64,000 nucleotides of DNA, from the NCBI GenBank assembly GCA_028714495.1, contig JAQTMH010000001.1, positions 245,036-309,035 of the forward strand. The letters are read 5' to 3'. Positions 17,439 to 29,000 of this stretch are shown here, in pieces. The notes beneath the pieces are model-generated. The model searched no databases. It worked only from the letters and a program-made list of their open reading frames with translations, and was not told the DNA's origin. Source of the DNA: Patescibacteria group bacterium. Lineage in GTDB: Bacteria; Patescibacteriota; Patescibacteriia; JAHIZJ01. Position 1 is the first letter of the stretch. The number at the start of each line of letters is the position of its first letter. The translations under genes were made by a program, and so were the position numbers.

Positions 17439-17644
17439 TAGGACTTACGCGTTTGAGCCAAGTTCGAGGAAAAATCGAGGATTATGGCCGAGACGTAGCA
17501 AAGCTACGGCGAGGTCAAACCGGAGATTTTGACAAAGAAATTGGCCAAACCGGGTTCCCAATCCGCCTCTTTGGCGGATTGGGTGGTAAAGCCGCTTGCT
17601 GACCCAGCTTCGCCGGGTCAAAAGCGGCAAGCGCGTAAGTCCTA
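17439..17644. mobile_element. MITE-like element
   Basis: 13-bp terminal inverted repeats TAGGACTTACGCG/CGCGTAAGTCCTA; internal palindromes; no ORF. Confidence 0.6.
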
Positions 17645-17655
17645 TATTTAATGTG

Positions 17656-18987
17656 TCATGTCTTTTGTTCCAGTTGATTATCATCCATCCGGTCCACTCG
17701 CTTCGAGGTTTTTGGCCGCAATAGCCTCAAGACCTCGCCAGCAAGATAGAAAGAGCCGGTTATTAAAATCATATCATTTTTTCCGCCTATTGTCTTGGCA
17801 AAAGCCAGAGCCTTGGGCAGAGAACTCTTTACCCGGCCGGCTGGATAAATTCTCTTTAGTTCTTGGGCGGAAACCATGTTCGGGATTGCTAGCTTCGGGA
17901 AAATGATTCTTTTTGAACGCCGGCCCAATAAACTAACCATTGGCCAATAGTTTTTCCGCTCTTTGACTCCAAAAACCGTGATTAAACGCTCTTTTGAATA
18001 ACCGAGCTCTTTGAGAGTTTTTAAAAGATGGCTGATTGCCGGCAGATTGTGCGCTCCGTCCAAAATGGTCAGCGGCTTTTTTCTGATAACCTCAAATCGG
18101 CCTTCCAGCCTGGTTCGCTTCAAGCCGGCTAAAACCGTCTTGACCGGCAAACGCAGAACCCGGCGCAGAATTTCAAAAACCGCCGCGGCATTTATTGCCT
18201 GGCGCGCTCCGACCAACGCAATTTCAGCCGGCAGTTCTTTCTTAGTTGATTTGATTGTAAAAAGAGTTTTACCAATTTCTAATTGTTCCAAGCTAATCTT
18301 CGGCATTTCAAGAAGACGCGCTCGCGTCTTTTGGCTACGTGATTGAATTACTTTAAGCGCTTTGCCGGAATTGGTGGTGATGACGATATCGCCCGGTTTG
18401 ATAATTCCGGCTTTTTCTTTGGCAATTCTTTTTATTGACCGTCCCAGGATATGGGCATGGTCCATTCCAATTTCAGTAATTACTTTATATTTCAAGCCCA
18501 AAGCCGTGGTCGCGTCCAGCCGGCCTCCCAAACCAACTTCAAAAACCACCCAGTCAACTTTCTCCCGGGCAAAATAGACCGCCGCGGCAGCGGTTAAAAC
18601 TTCAAACCAGGTCGGCTGGTCATGGAGCTGTTCAGTCACGTGGTCAATCGCCGGTTTAATCGCGGAAATTAATTGAGCCAACCGCGCCTGGCTGATCGGC
18701 TGGCCGTTCAATCGGAATCTTTCAGTGTAGGAAACCAAATGCGGCGAATAAAAAGCGCCGACCCGAAAGCCGGCTTGCCGCAGAACTGAATCGAGAAATG
18801 CCACGGTTGAGCCTTTGCCGTTTGTTCCGGCTATTTGGAAACCCTTAAGTTGGCGCTCGGGATGTCCTAATTCAGCCAGCAGGGCTTTGATCCGGTGCAA
18901 ACGCAAATATTCCTCGCTGCCAAATCGCGGAAATTTCCGCAAATATTCTACGTACTGGTCTAGGTCTTGGTATTTCATAGTCAACAT
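17656..18987 (-). CDS. folC: Folylpolyglutamate synthase/dihydrofolate synthase
   Basis: AGTNGKGST, SPHL, EVGLGGRLDAT, LDGAHN. Confidence 0.93.
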   Translation of the reverse strand: MLTMKYQDLDQYVEYLRKFPRFGSEEYLRLHRIKALLAELGHPERQLKGFQIAGTNGKGSTVAFLDSVLRQAGFRVGAFYSPHLVSYTERFRLNGQPISQARLAQLISAIKPAIDHVTEQLHDQPTWFEVLTAAAAVYFAREKVDWVVFEVGLGGRLDATTALGLKYKVITEIGMDHAHILGRSIKRIAKEKAGIIKPGDIVITTNSGKALKVIQSRSQKTRARLLEMPKISLEQLEIGKTLFTIKSTKKELPAEIALVGARQAINAAAVFEILRRVLRLPVKTVLAGLKRTRLEGRFEVIRKKPLTILDGAHNLPAISHLLKTLKELGYSKERLITVFGVKERKNYWPMVSLLGRRSKRIIFPKLAIPNMVSAQELKRIYPAGRVKSSLPKALAFAKTIGGKNDMILITGSFYLAGEVLRLLRPKTSKRVDRMDDNQLEQKT

Positions 18988-19130
18988 TGTCAATATAACA
19001 AAAAAGAAAGAACCCCGCACCCATCATTCGCTTTGGTAAGCAATTGACAGATGCGGGGCCTGAAGATTCAGTCCAGAGGGCCGGAGATCAGAATCCATAG
19101 GAGGATCCAGGGGCTCACGGGTCCTAAGGA

Positions 19131-19718
19131 CTACGCTGACGCTTCGCTGGCTAGCGTAACGGACTCGCGAACGGCCAGAATGTAGACTCCACTCCCCCAC
19201 TCACAATCGAACGTTCGCCAGCTCATGTTGGTGGCGCCGTAGAAGTAGACGGTTGCGGTCTCGAACCTTGTGCCGTTGACTCGGGCGCGGCCGCAGAAAG
19301 CAGCCAGTTTGTTCTTGAAGTTTCCCCCGTTACACTCGATGAACGTTTCGGACTCGGCACGATCGGGTAACCTGAGCCCCTGGCCGCTGAACTTATCGAT
19401 GACGGCCTTCGGAGCGGTCGACCGAGGCAGTTCGATGATTTCGAAGACAACTTCGGCCGCCCCCTGTCTCTCGACAGGAAAGTCGGAAGCGACGATGTCT
19501 TCAGCAACGCATCCATCACGCCGCATCTTGCCCACGGTTTTCCAGCGCAGATCGCCGTAGTTCACCGTCAGCCTAAGCTTGATCTCGAAGGGATTTTCGC
19601 CCCTCAAGAAACAAGCGAGCTGCTCGGGAGTCCGAACCCCATGTTGCATTTTGAGAGCAAGGTCCGCAAACATGCCAAGGACATTCCCCGGCACTTCACC
19701 GATCATTTCGAGCTTCAT
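19131..19718 (-). CDS. Hypothetical protein
   Basis: GAGGAG RBS; own promoter TTGACA-17-TATTAT at 19858-19886. Confidence 0.65.
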   Translation of the reverse strand: MKLEMIGEVPGNVLGMFADLALKMQHGVRTPEQLACFLRGENPFEIKLRLTVNYGDLRWKTVGKMRRDGCVAEDIVASDFPVERQGAAEVVFEIIELPRSTAPKAVIDKFSGQGLRLPDRAESETFIECNGGNFKNKLAAFCGRARVNGTRFETATVYFYGATNMSWRTFDCEWGSGVYILAVRESVTLASEASA

Positions 19719-20057
19719 GATCAGTTTCTCCTCTCGGTCTCCTTCTCCCGATACCGTCGGGACGGTGCTGCTGTCTTAGCCGCAGCTTCAAAAATGCAAA
19801 ATTTTACACTCTTAAAGCTACGGCTTACATTCGCAAATCAATTGTCAAAGATATGCAATAATACACCTAAATAGCTAACTTGTCAAGCCAGTCATTCGCG
19901 AATGGCAAGATTAACAAGCCGTTAGCGAACGCCACCTCTTCTTCAAACCGACTTTCCCGCCACTCTACCTTCTAACTGACTTTAGTCAGGTAGAGAAAAA
20001 GGCGGGATAGTCGGATACGCCACTAAAGTGGCTAGGAAGGGGAGGGGGAAACTCTCT

Positions 20058-20888
20058 TTATGCCCTCAACCCTTTCAAGACCTCGACATCATTAACCCGC
20101 TGGCCGTCAGCCGGGGTTTCGAGAATCAAATTCAGATGCTTCAGCCGCGGCTCGTGGAGAATGGCTTTAAATCCTTCTTGGCCAATCTTGCCCAAGCCAA
20201 TATGGTCATGCCGATCCAGATGAGAATCAAATTCGGCCTTTGAATCGTTGGCGTGGATCAGCTTGAGCCGCTTTAAGCCAAGCGTTTTATCGAACTCGTC
20301 AAATGTTTTTTTTACCGCCATCTTGGTCCTCAAATCATAGCCCGAGGCAAAAGCATGGGCTGTATCAAAACAAACTCCGATTTCATTATGTCCGGAGAGT
20401 TTTATCAGCTTGGCAATTTCCTCAAAAGTATCGCCGATAATCAAACCCGAGCCGGCTGACATTTCAATCAAAAATTCCGTCGAGCCTTGGTAACCATCCA
20501 GTATCCTCTTTAATCCGTCAGCCACTTGCTCCTGGGCTTTTGCCTCGCCCAAATCCTTGGCTGAACCGAGATGCGTCATTACCGCGTCAATCCCGAGCAA
20601 GCTCCCACGTTCCAGCTCCTCCCTGATAACCTTGATCGAGCCGAAGCGAATCCGGTTGTTCGAAGACGCCAGATTAATATAGTAAGGCGTGTGAATATAG
20701 CTTCCGTTTTGGTGATAGCGTTCGATGTTGCTTCTGAATTCCTTGATCACCGGAGCGGTCAGGGCCGGAGCCGGACCACCGCGGGGCGAACGGCTGAATA
20801 TCTGAAAACATTCGCAGCCGGCTTTAGCCGCGCGCTTCGGTGCTTCGCTTATTTTTCCGGCGATGGAAATGTGTGCGCCGATTTTCAC
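20058..20888 (-). CDS. nfo: Endonuclease IV
   Basis: HTPYYINLAS, DTAH, HANDS, DRHDHIG, ILETP. Confidence 0.95.
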   Translation of the reverse strand: MKIGAHISIAGKISEAPKRAAKAGCECFQIFSRSPRGGPAPALTAPVIKEFRSNIERYHQNGSYIHTPYYINLASSNNRIRFGSIKVIREELERGSLLGIDAVMTHLGSAKDLGEAKAQEQVADGLKRILDGYQGSTEFLIEMSAGSGLIIGDTFEEIAKLIKLSGHNEIGVCFDTAHAFASGYDLRTKMAVKKTFDEFDKTLGLKRLKLIHANDSKAEFDSHLDRHDHIGLGKIGQEGFKAILHEPRLKHLNLILETPADGQRVNDVEVLKGLRA

Positions 20889-22178
20889 TTATTTTGGCGG
20901 ATTAATGAGAGAGTCCAAATAATCGAAGACCTTTCGATTCAGCAGCATCTCTTCATACTGGTCGCGGTATTCCGGGGAGTCAATTTTATTATAGGTATCT
21001 AAGTCGTTTTTGTATACCTCCTTCTGTTTTTTGATTTCCGCTTCGAGTTGACTCGTGTCAACCGTGATGTTTTCCTTCAGACGTATGGCGCGCAATACCA
21101 GAGCGCTTTTAATCCGATTCACGGCTTGCGGCTGAAAATCTTTGGCAATCTCCGCTTCGCTTTTCTTGAGATGCTCGAGGTAGTCATCATATTTTATTCC
21201 CCGCTCTTCTATGCCTGATTTGAATTCCGCCATCATGCGCTGGCCCTCGGCTTCCAGCAAAATTTCGGGAATTTCCCCGAACTCGGTCCGGTCAATAATT
21301 TCTTTCAAAAGTTCCCGTTCAAACCGGTGCTCTTCTTCATGATCCGCTTCAGCCTTGAGATTGACCTCAATTTTTTCTTCAACCTCTTGGATATTCTTGA
21401 AGCTGCCTAATAACTTGGCGAAAGCGTCATCCCAGGCTGGTAGCTCTATCTGGTAGACAGTGTTAACCTTGGCCGAGCAATCTACTTTTCGGCCGGCCAG
21501 ATTTTTCTGAAAATACTCCTTCGGGTATTCGAGTTGAAAATCTTTTTTGGCTCCGGCCTTTAATCCGATAAGATTTTTTTCAAACCCCGGCACTAATCTA
21601 TTTTCACCGAGAACAACCGGAAACTTCTTATTTGAACCTCCGTCAACCGGCACGCCGTCAATCGACAATTCAAAATCTATCTCAACCTTATCTCCGGTCT
21701 GGGCCGGTCGGTTGGCTAATGTCTCTTTGGCCCGCATCTTTCTCAATTCCGCCATGGTTTTCTTCAGTTCTTCCGGTTTTACTTCAGCCTTCTTTTTTCG
21801 GGTTTTTAGTTTTTGATAGTCGCCCAATTTTACCTCGGGCATGAGCGCGACCGTGGCTGTATAAACCAGGAGGTTGCCTGGCGCCATTTTTTGGATTTGG
21901 ATTTGAGGCCGGCCGATCACTTCAAGTTTTTGTTCAAGCACTGCTTCGATATAAGTTTTTTTCACGACTTCCTCAGCCACTTCTTCATAAATCGCGGCTT
22001 CGCCAAAACGCTGTTTGACCAGATCATAAGGCGCTTTGCCCGGTCGGAAACCCGGGATCTCGGTTCTCTCGGATAAACGGCTTGCCGCGGAAAGCAAATA
22101 GGGTTTTATCTCGTCAGGATTCAGCTCAATCGTAAGTTTGATTAAATTCTTTGGTTGTTTTTCATTTACTACTTTCAT
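20889..22178 (-). CDS. tig: Trigger factor
   Basis: PGFRPGKAP signature; FKBP domain. Confidence 0.95.
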   Translation of the reverse strand: MKVVNEKQPKNLIKLTIELNPDEIKPYLLSAASRLSERTEIPGFRPGKAPYDLVKQRFGEAAIYEEVAEEVVKKTYIEAVLEQKLEVIGRPQIQIQKMAPGNLLVYTATVALMPEVKLGDYQKLKTRKKKAEVKPEELKKTMAELRKMRAKETLANRPAQTGDKVEIDFELSIDGVPVDGGSNKKFPVVLGENRLVPGFEKNLIGLKAGAKKDFQLEYPKEYFQKNLAGRKVDCSAKVNTVYQIELPAWDDAFAKLLGSFKNIQEVEEKIEVNLKAEADHEEEHRFERELLKEIIDRTEFGEIPEILLEAEGQRMMAEFKSGIEERGIKYDDYLEHLKKSEAEIAKDFQPQAVNRIKSALVLRAIRLKENITVDTSQLEAEIKKQKEVYKNDLDTYNKIDSPEYRDQYEEMLLNRKVFDYLDSLINPPK

Positions 22179-22258
22179 TCTTATCTCCTTTTAAAAAATC
22201 ACGACTTTGCGTTTTTATATCGTATCTCATTGAATCGTTTTTGTAAACCCCCGGCTAA

Positions 22259-22287
22259 TTGACAAAAAATTTCCATTATCCTAATAT
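22259..22287 (+). promoter_or_regulatory. Sigma70 promoter
   Basis: TTGACA-17bp-TAATAT. Confidence 0.65.
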
Positions 22288-22491
22288 AAGACCGTCGTTT
22301 GAGGAGTTGTACCGAGTGGCGTGAGGGAACTGGACCGTTATTAGCGCCACAGCAACCTATCCGCCCAGGGCGGACAAGGTGCTCTCCAGCCCCCTGCACA
22401 GGAGTCCTGCGTAAGCTTACGACTGGTACAGGGGAACGACAACTTTCTCTCTGCCTTATGACCACAATGGTCTTTGGGAGGAGGGAGTTCG

Positions 22492-22686
22492 ATGAACATG
22501 GTGGATTATAACTTCCAAGGCGCTACCAAGCCCTGCGAGCAATCAACGCATCAGCCGACGGGACGACCCGAAGGTCCGCACTGCGCTGGGCGGGAAAACT
22601 GTTGCTGGTTCCCGATGTGCGATCTGTCGCACAAAAACCCGCCTGCTCCACCGACCCGGCCTAAGACCGGCCGCATACCTTGCTGA
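22492..22686 (+). CDS. Small Cys/Pro-rich protein behind a structured leader
   Basis: GGAGGAGGG RBS; lies between the promoter and a terminator (22711-22738). Confidence 0.4.
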   Translation: MNMVDYNFQGATKPCEQSTHQPTGRPEGPHCAGRENCCWFPMCDLSHKNPPAPPTRPKTGRIPC

Positions 22687-23009
22687 GACAGCTCTTCGCA
22701 CGACACAATCGGGGAAGTCAAATGGCTTCCCTTTTTTTATTATAACAACAGCTTGTATTTTCTTAATTTATGTGTTATAATTACTTTACCTTTAAATAGC
22801 CTCTTCTAATGGAGGATACTATAATTATGTTTGATAATAAGTATCTAGTCCAAATCTTGTCGGGTTGGTCTGGTATAATTCCTTCCGGAATTAAATTTAG
22901 ATTACATATTTTTGCGGCCAAATTCTCTGGCCGTTCTTTTGTTTCTATCATAACCCTAGGCTTATTCGAGTTCAGGACTCCATAATACGCGTGATAAAAT
23001 ATACTAATA

Positions 23010-26000
23010 ATGCTAAGAGTTCTTCACCGACAATATCGTAAAAATGTCACATGTGACCAAGGCGGCTCACGCATACGCTCTTCGCTTTATTTTGCTTTTG
23101 GTATCGGGGTGGCTATATCAGCGCTTGTGGCTATCGGATTAACGGTCTTTGTGCCTCACCCAGTAGTCGCTGACACGACTGCCACGCTCGAACAGAACGC
23201 GTTTCGTTTTTATGTCGATAATGATCTTGTCCAGCCAGCTGATCCCTGGCCAGCCGGCGCGACCGATCTGGCAGAAAATGCGGCGATCACCACAGCGGAC
23301 GTTCCGCCAGATGACGCTAATCTCATCCGTATGCGCATGTCTCTTGGTATCACTGGCGACACCCTGGCTGCTGGATCGCAAGATTTTAAATTACAATATG
23401 GCGAGGGAACGGACTGCGCGGCGATCGTGAGCTGGAATGATGTTGGCGCGGCCAGTTCGGCGACCATCTGGCGAGGTGAATCAGACACGAACCCAGCTGA
23501 TGGTACCACGATATCTTCAGCCTTACTCTCGACCGCTGGAACGCTACAGACATATGAAGAGCAGAATAATTCCGCTCTCAACCCAAATCAAGCGACTGCC
23601 GGGCAATCAGCCGAGTGGGATTGGCTCGTGGAAAACAACGGCGCTCTCCACGATACGACCTACTGCTTCCGCATGGTCAAAAGCGACGGTACCGCGCTCA
23701 ATACCTATACCCAGTATCCAAAAATCCAGACGGAAGCAACAGTTTTTGACAGCACCCTTGAGGGCGGCAATGGCGCGAGCTTCACCAAACCATACACTGG
23801 CGATGCCTCAAAAATCAGCTTTGCCAGTGAACTTGATGGTGGTGGACCCTTGGGGCCGTGCACTGACGCCCGTAGGCAGAACTGGTTTTATTTCTCAATG
23901 AGCAACGCCCTAAATCAGACACTCACAATAAAATTAATCAACGCCATGGCCGGCAGCAATGAAAATACTGATTGGGTTGATCATAAACCTGTCTATTCTT
24001 ACGATCAGGTAAATTGGTATCGGATCAGCAGTACCGGCACTGTGAGCGGCAGTGATATGATCTATACCTTTCCCGGCGCTGGAATTGAATTTACCTCCGA
24101 TACTGTCTATATCGCTCACGGCATTCCCTACACCTACACTGATTCCGAAAACGACCTTACGACCTGGTCAGCCTCTCCCTATGTAACCGTCACTGATATC
24201 GGCAATTCGGTTCAAAGTAGAATGATGCACCTGGTAACGATCCAGGACACGGCCTCGCCCATTACTGCGGCCAATAAAAAAGTGTATTGGTTTATTGCCA
24301 GGCAGCATGGCATGGAACCTATGGGAAGCTATGCCATCCAGGGAGTCATTAATTTCTTGATTGGCTCAAGTGACGAAGCCAAGCTTATGAGGCGAACTTC
24401 GATCTTTAAAATTATTCCGATGATGAATCCTGACGGTGCCTATCAGGGTTGGACCACTGCCAACGCTGAATATTGCAATGAGAATCGGGACTGGACTGAT
24501 TTAGTGCCGAACCCCGCCACCGAAACTGATGAAGTTTATAATGCCCACTATGCCATTCATGATTGGATGACGAATGGCACCCCAGCTGATGCTGAAGTAA
24601 TAACAGATGTTCATACCCGCTGCGCCAATCCGGGTGTTTACACGGGAGACGCAGTCTACGATGGCAACAGAGAAAATCCTTATGAAGTACTGTGGAAAAT
24701 TCTAGACGGCAATGATCATGATGATGAATTTACGTACTCAGGCACGGCCGGCCTCTTTAACGTGGAGATGTATGACCAATATTACCCCACCTGGGGAACC
24801 GAGGTCTTCAATACCGAGGGAACAACTTACGATTTTGTCGATCATACATACCCGACCGCGGCTACTGCGGCTGCCTATGAGGTTTCTTATTTAAAAACAA
24901 TTTGGGCTATGAGGGAGACCAGCTCAAGTGTTTTTCTGTTAACTCAAGTTGATCCGACCGGCGCCACTACTCCGCCCCAATATACCGTTGTCGGCTCACC
25001 CAGTCAGTATTTTGCCGTGTTCAATAATGACAAAGGCGGCGGAATATCGGATTGGTATGACCGGGAAAATGATCAGTATTTACTCAATAATCTTGTTGAC
25101 GCTGATTCAGTTCTTGACCCGATTGACTGGAACGACGGTTCGGCGGTGCGATCATTGATCAGTACTACCAACGCAACTTTTTCTGTAGCAAATAATTCTG
25201 GAAACCGAACTGAATTTAGCTATTCGGGCGAGTTGGCTGGAATCTCGGGCGAAGACTACATTCTCAATCGAGTAATCTGGGGTGATGGCCGGATTTGGAC
25301 AAAGTTTAGTCTAACTAATACAACCGGTTCAACTATCGACTGGGGTGAGATGAAAAACTCCGTGAATATTGATTTTGCCGAAGCGGCGAATTTCACCGCC
25401 AGTCGCGACAATTCCGATGATACCCCCACTCCTGGGACAGACAATTGGTGGGGGATGCTTGGCACTGGTGCCATGAAATCTTCGGCGATTGCCCATTATG
25501 TCGGACAGTCCGGCGGCTGGACCTACGATACCTACAATACTGCCTCTGACGCTACCTATGGAAAATCCAACTGGTATTCGGATGCTGACGGACCGACTTT
25601 AACTGATGGCAGCACAATCAGCACAACCGTGAGCTATCAGGTCAGGCCAGACACTGATGTCATGAGCAATGAAGCGGCTATTGACGTGTATCGAAACGAT
25701 ATTGCCAGTCCGGATACGCCGACCATGACCACTGGCACCTTTTCGAGCTTTGATAAACAAGAGGGTGGCCTCTCTTTTGCCGCCGACAATAACCGAGTCA
25801 TATTTACTTACACCAACGCGGACACGGTCACGAAAAAAAAGCCGACTTACACCATAACCGACTACGCTGCCTCAACCGCTCCGGTCTTAAGCGTCAATAA
25901 TGCCTTCCTCGATGGCGAGGATGGTTCGGCTCATACCGGAACTACCCATACGAGCACAACCTACACCTCGTCGGTTGATACGACAAACGATATCGCCTAT

Positions 26001-29000
26001 GTTCAATATCTCAGTGATATCTCAGCCAATCAAAAAATCCGAATTGGTGATCTCCTCTATCTCGACAATGTGACAGTTTCCGGAAATATCTACAGCGACG
26101 AGGGAACAACGCCGATTGATTGCTCACTTGGGAATAAAACTGTGGCTTTGCGAGTGGCCGGCGCTGGAACCTACACGGCTGAATGCACGCTGGACACGGG
26201 TGCGTTCAGCATTGGTTCGATCACCATTGATAACCCCAGCGATATCGTGACGGTCTTTCTCGACGGCGAGACGGAGAAAGCGGTGACTGTGACAAGAGCG
26301 GCTGACCTAATAACTACTATCGACGATATTGATCTGTACCAAAATAGAGTTGTTGTCCGCCATGAAGACGCTGGTCCAACCACCAACGCCAATCTTGATG
26401 CGTATGATAGCGGCAATGACGACGATATTCCATTCACTGTCACTGGCGGCGCTTTAACTGTGCCGACTGGAACCGAACTTCATGTATGGTCTGGTTCCAC
26501 TTATACGCCTGGCGGCTCTATAACAACGAATGCCACGGGTGGGGATCTCCACATCGATGATACTGCCACAGCGACACTCGGTTCTGGCACAGCCAGTATC
26601 GGCCGTGACATTTTAGTTGATACCGGAGCAACGCTCAATCTTAATGTTGATACATCAATAGGCGGAGGTGATATCACTACTGCTGGAACAGCCACTGTCA
26701 CCACCTCAAGCGGCACTCCAACAATAACGGTTTCTGGTAGCGGTTCGCTCGGTGGTGGCGCAAATGTTCTTACCTTCTATAACCTCACCCTCTCGGGCAC
26801 GCCGACCTTGGCCTCAAACATTACAGTAAACAATAACCTCACTCTGCCCAGCTCAGTCACGGCTGGCACTAAAGCCGTAACAATGGCCGGCACAGCCGGC
26901 GTTCTTACTGGCGGTGGAGCAACCCTCTATGACCTGACCATCAATCCAACCAGCGCTGGAACAATCACCCTCTCCACCTCTGACCTGACTGTTTCGCATA
27001 CTCTGGCCGTGGCCTCGGGTGATACTCTTTCGCTTGGCGCTTCACGAACGCTGACTTCAGGCACCGGCGGTTCCGTCTCTATCTCTGGTACGATCAGTGG
27101 CTCTGGCACGCTCGTTATTCAAAACTCTAGTCTGGGTACTGGGGGAACGCTTTCCGCTCCAGTAAGTTTTGATGCCACCAGTGGTGCTCTCACTCTACCG
27201 GTCCGAACCTACGGTGGAGCCGTGACAGTCACGAATACCGGGGCAACAGATCGGACTGTGACAGCTGGCAGCGGAACGCTCGCGCTGGCTTCAGACCTTA
27301 CCCTATCAATGAGCGGCGCTGGAACAACTACTTTAAATCTCGATACCAACGATCCAACTGCCACCGTGACTGGTGATACAACCATCGGAAGCGATACCAC
27401 TCTCATAGCAAGTTCAGACAGTACTCTTTCGCTCAAGGGCGATTATGCGAACAGTGGAACCTTCACCCATAGCAGCGGAACTGTGGCCGTGGCTGGAACG
27501 ACGCTTCAGACTTTCAGTGGGACAATGATTAGTACTTCGGCGTTTAATAATCTAACCTTGACCAATGCGTCTGGGAGCTCCACTGGCTGTTCTGACGCCT
27601 TCACTCCCGGGATCCGTTTCTCAGATCCGGCAACCGTGGCCAACACTTACACGATAACGACTGGCGATGTAAAGGTGGAATATGATTCAGGTTCAACCTA
27701 CACTTTGAATGATATCAATTGGAACGGACAAGCGGCTGGAACTCCGATAATCTTCCGCAATTCAACGCTGACTTCTGGAACCTGGCTACTGGCCATAAGT
27801 GGCAGTCAAAACGCCATTTCCTATGTTGATGTGGCGCGCTCTGATGCCAGTTCCGGCGATCTGATTCTGGCTGATGATGGAACAAATACTGACTGTAGTT
27901 CAAATACCAACTGGCAATTTGACACGCCGGCTGTATATTCGAACATTGAATCAGCGGCCGAACCCACCTCGCTGATCATCACCTGGACCAGCAACGAAGG
28001 AACAACCTCTCAAGTCCAGTATGGTTTAACTGACAGCTATGGCCTCGAAACAACCGAGGTTGTCGACTTGGAAACAAGCCACACGGTTGAGGTTTCTGGC
28101 TTAGATTCTGATACTCAATATCATTACCGGGTAACCGGAACCGACTCGTATGGGAACCGAACCACCTCAAGCGACCAGGTGGCCACTACGCTGTCGGCAA
28201 CTACCATCAGTGAAACAAGCGCGGATGAAATCACCGCCACTTCGGCTGTTATAAATTGGACAACCAGCCGAACTACCACCTCAATAGTCGATTATGGTCT
28301 AACCACTTCTTATGGAGATGAGGCAACCGACAGCGCTTCAACAATCGATCACAGCCTCGCCCTTACTGGTTTAACACCTGGCACGACTTATCACTACCAA
28401 ATTTCCGGCCTTGACAGCTATGGCCTCACGGCAAATTCCGGTGATCTTACTTTTACCACCTTACCCGCTACCACCCTATCAAATATCGAAGTAACCAACC
28501 TCACACTCACCTCGGCGACTATAACTTGGCAGACTAATCATGCGGCCACCGCCCATGTGGATTATGGTCTGACCGAAGAATACGACAAAAGCAGCGCGAC
28601 TGAGACGGGAACAACTGAACCAAGTTTTACCTTGACTGATTTGACCCCCGGTACTACCTATCATTACCGAGTAATTTCTGTCGGCAACACTGAAGCGATC
28701 AGTGCTGACGCGACCTTCACCACCCTGCCGACAACCGCGATCAGTGATATTCAAGTCGTTGGGATAACTACCAGCACCGCGACTCTAACCTGGAAGACGA
28801 ATCACGCGGCAAATTCGAAAGTTAAGTACGGCGAATCAACAACTTACGGCAGTGAAGTTTCGGATAGCGCCCTGACCGTGGACCACTCATTCACCCTCAC
28901 TGGTCTGAAATCAGGCGCGGTCTACCATTATTTTGTCACCAGCGTTGGAAATACCGAGACAAGTTCAGCTGACGCGACCTTCACCACCTACATCCCCACC

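Noticed and set aside
17380-17650. preQ1 riboswitch upstream of the VUT transporter
   Set aside because: No preQ1-I consensus is seen; the region is better explained as a TIR-bounded element.
22290-22740. RNase P RNA or tmRNA
   Set aside because: Lacks GAGGAAAGUCC and tRNA-like termini.
27940-29000. DNA-level tandem repeat or DGR target in the giant gene
   Set aside because: These are diverged protein-domain (FN3-like) repeats. No adenine-specific TR/VR pair or reverse transcriptase is visible.
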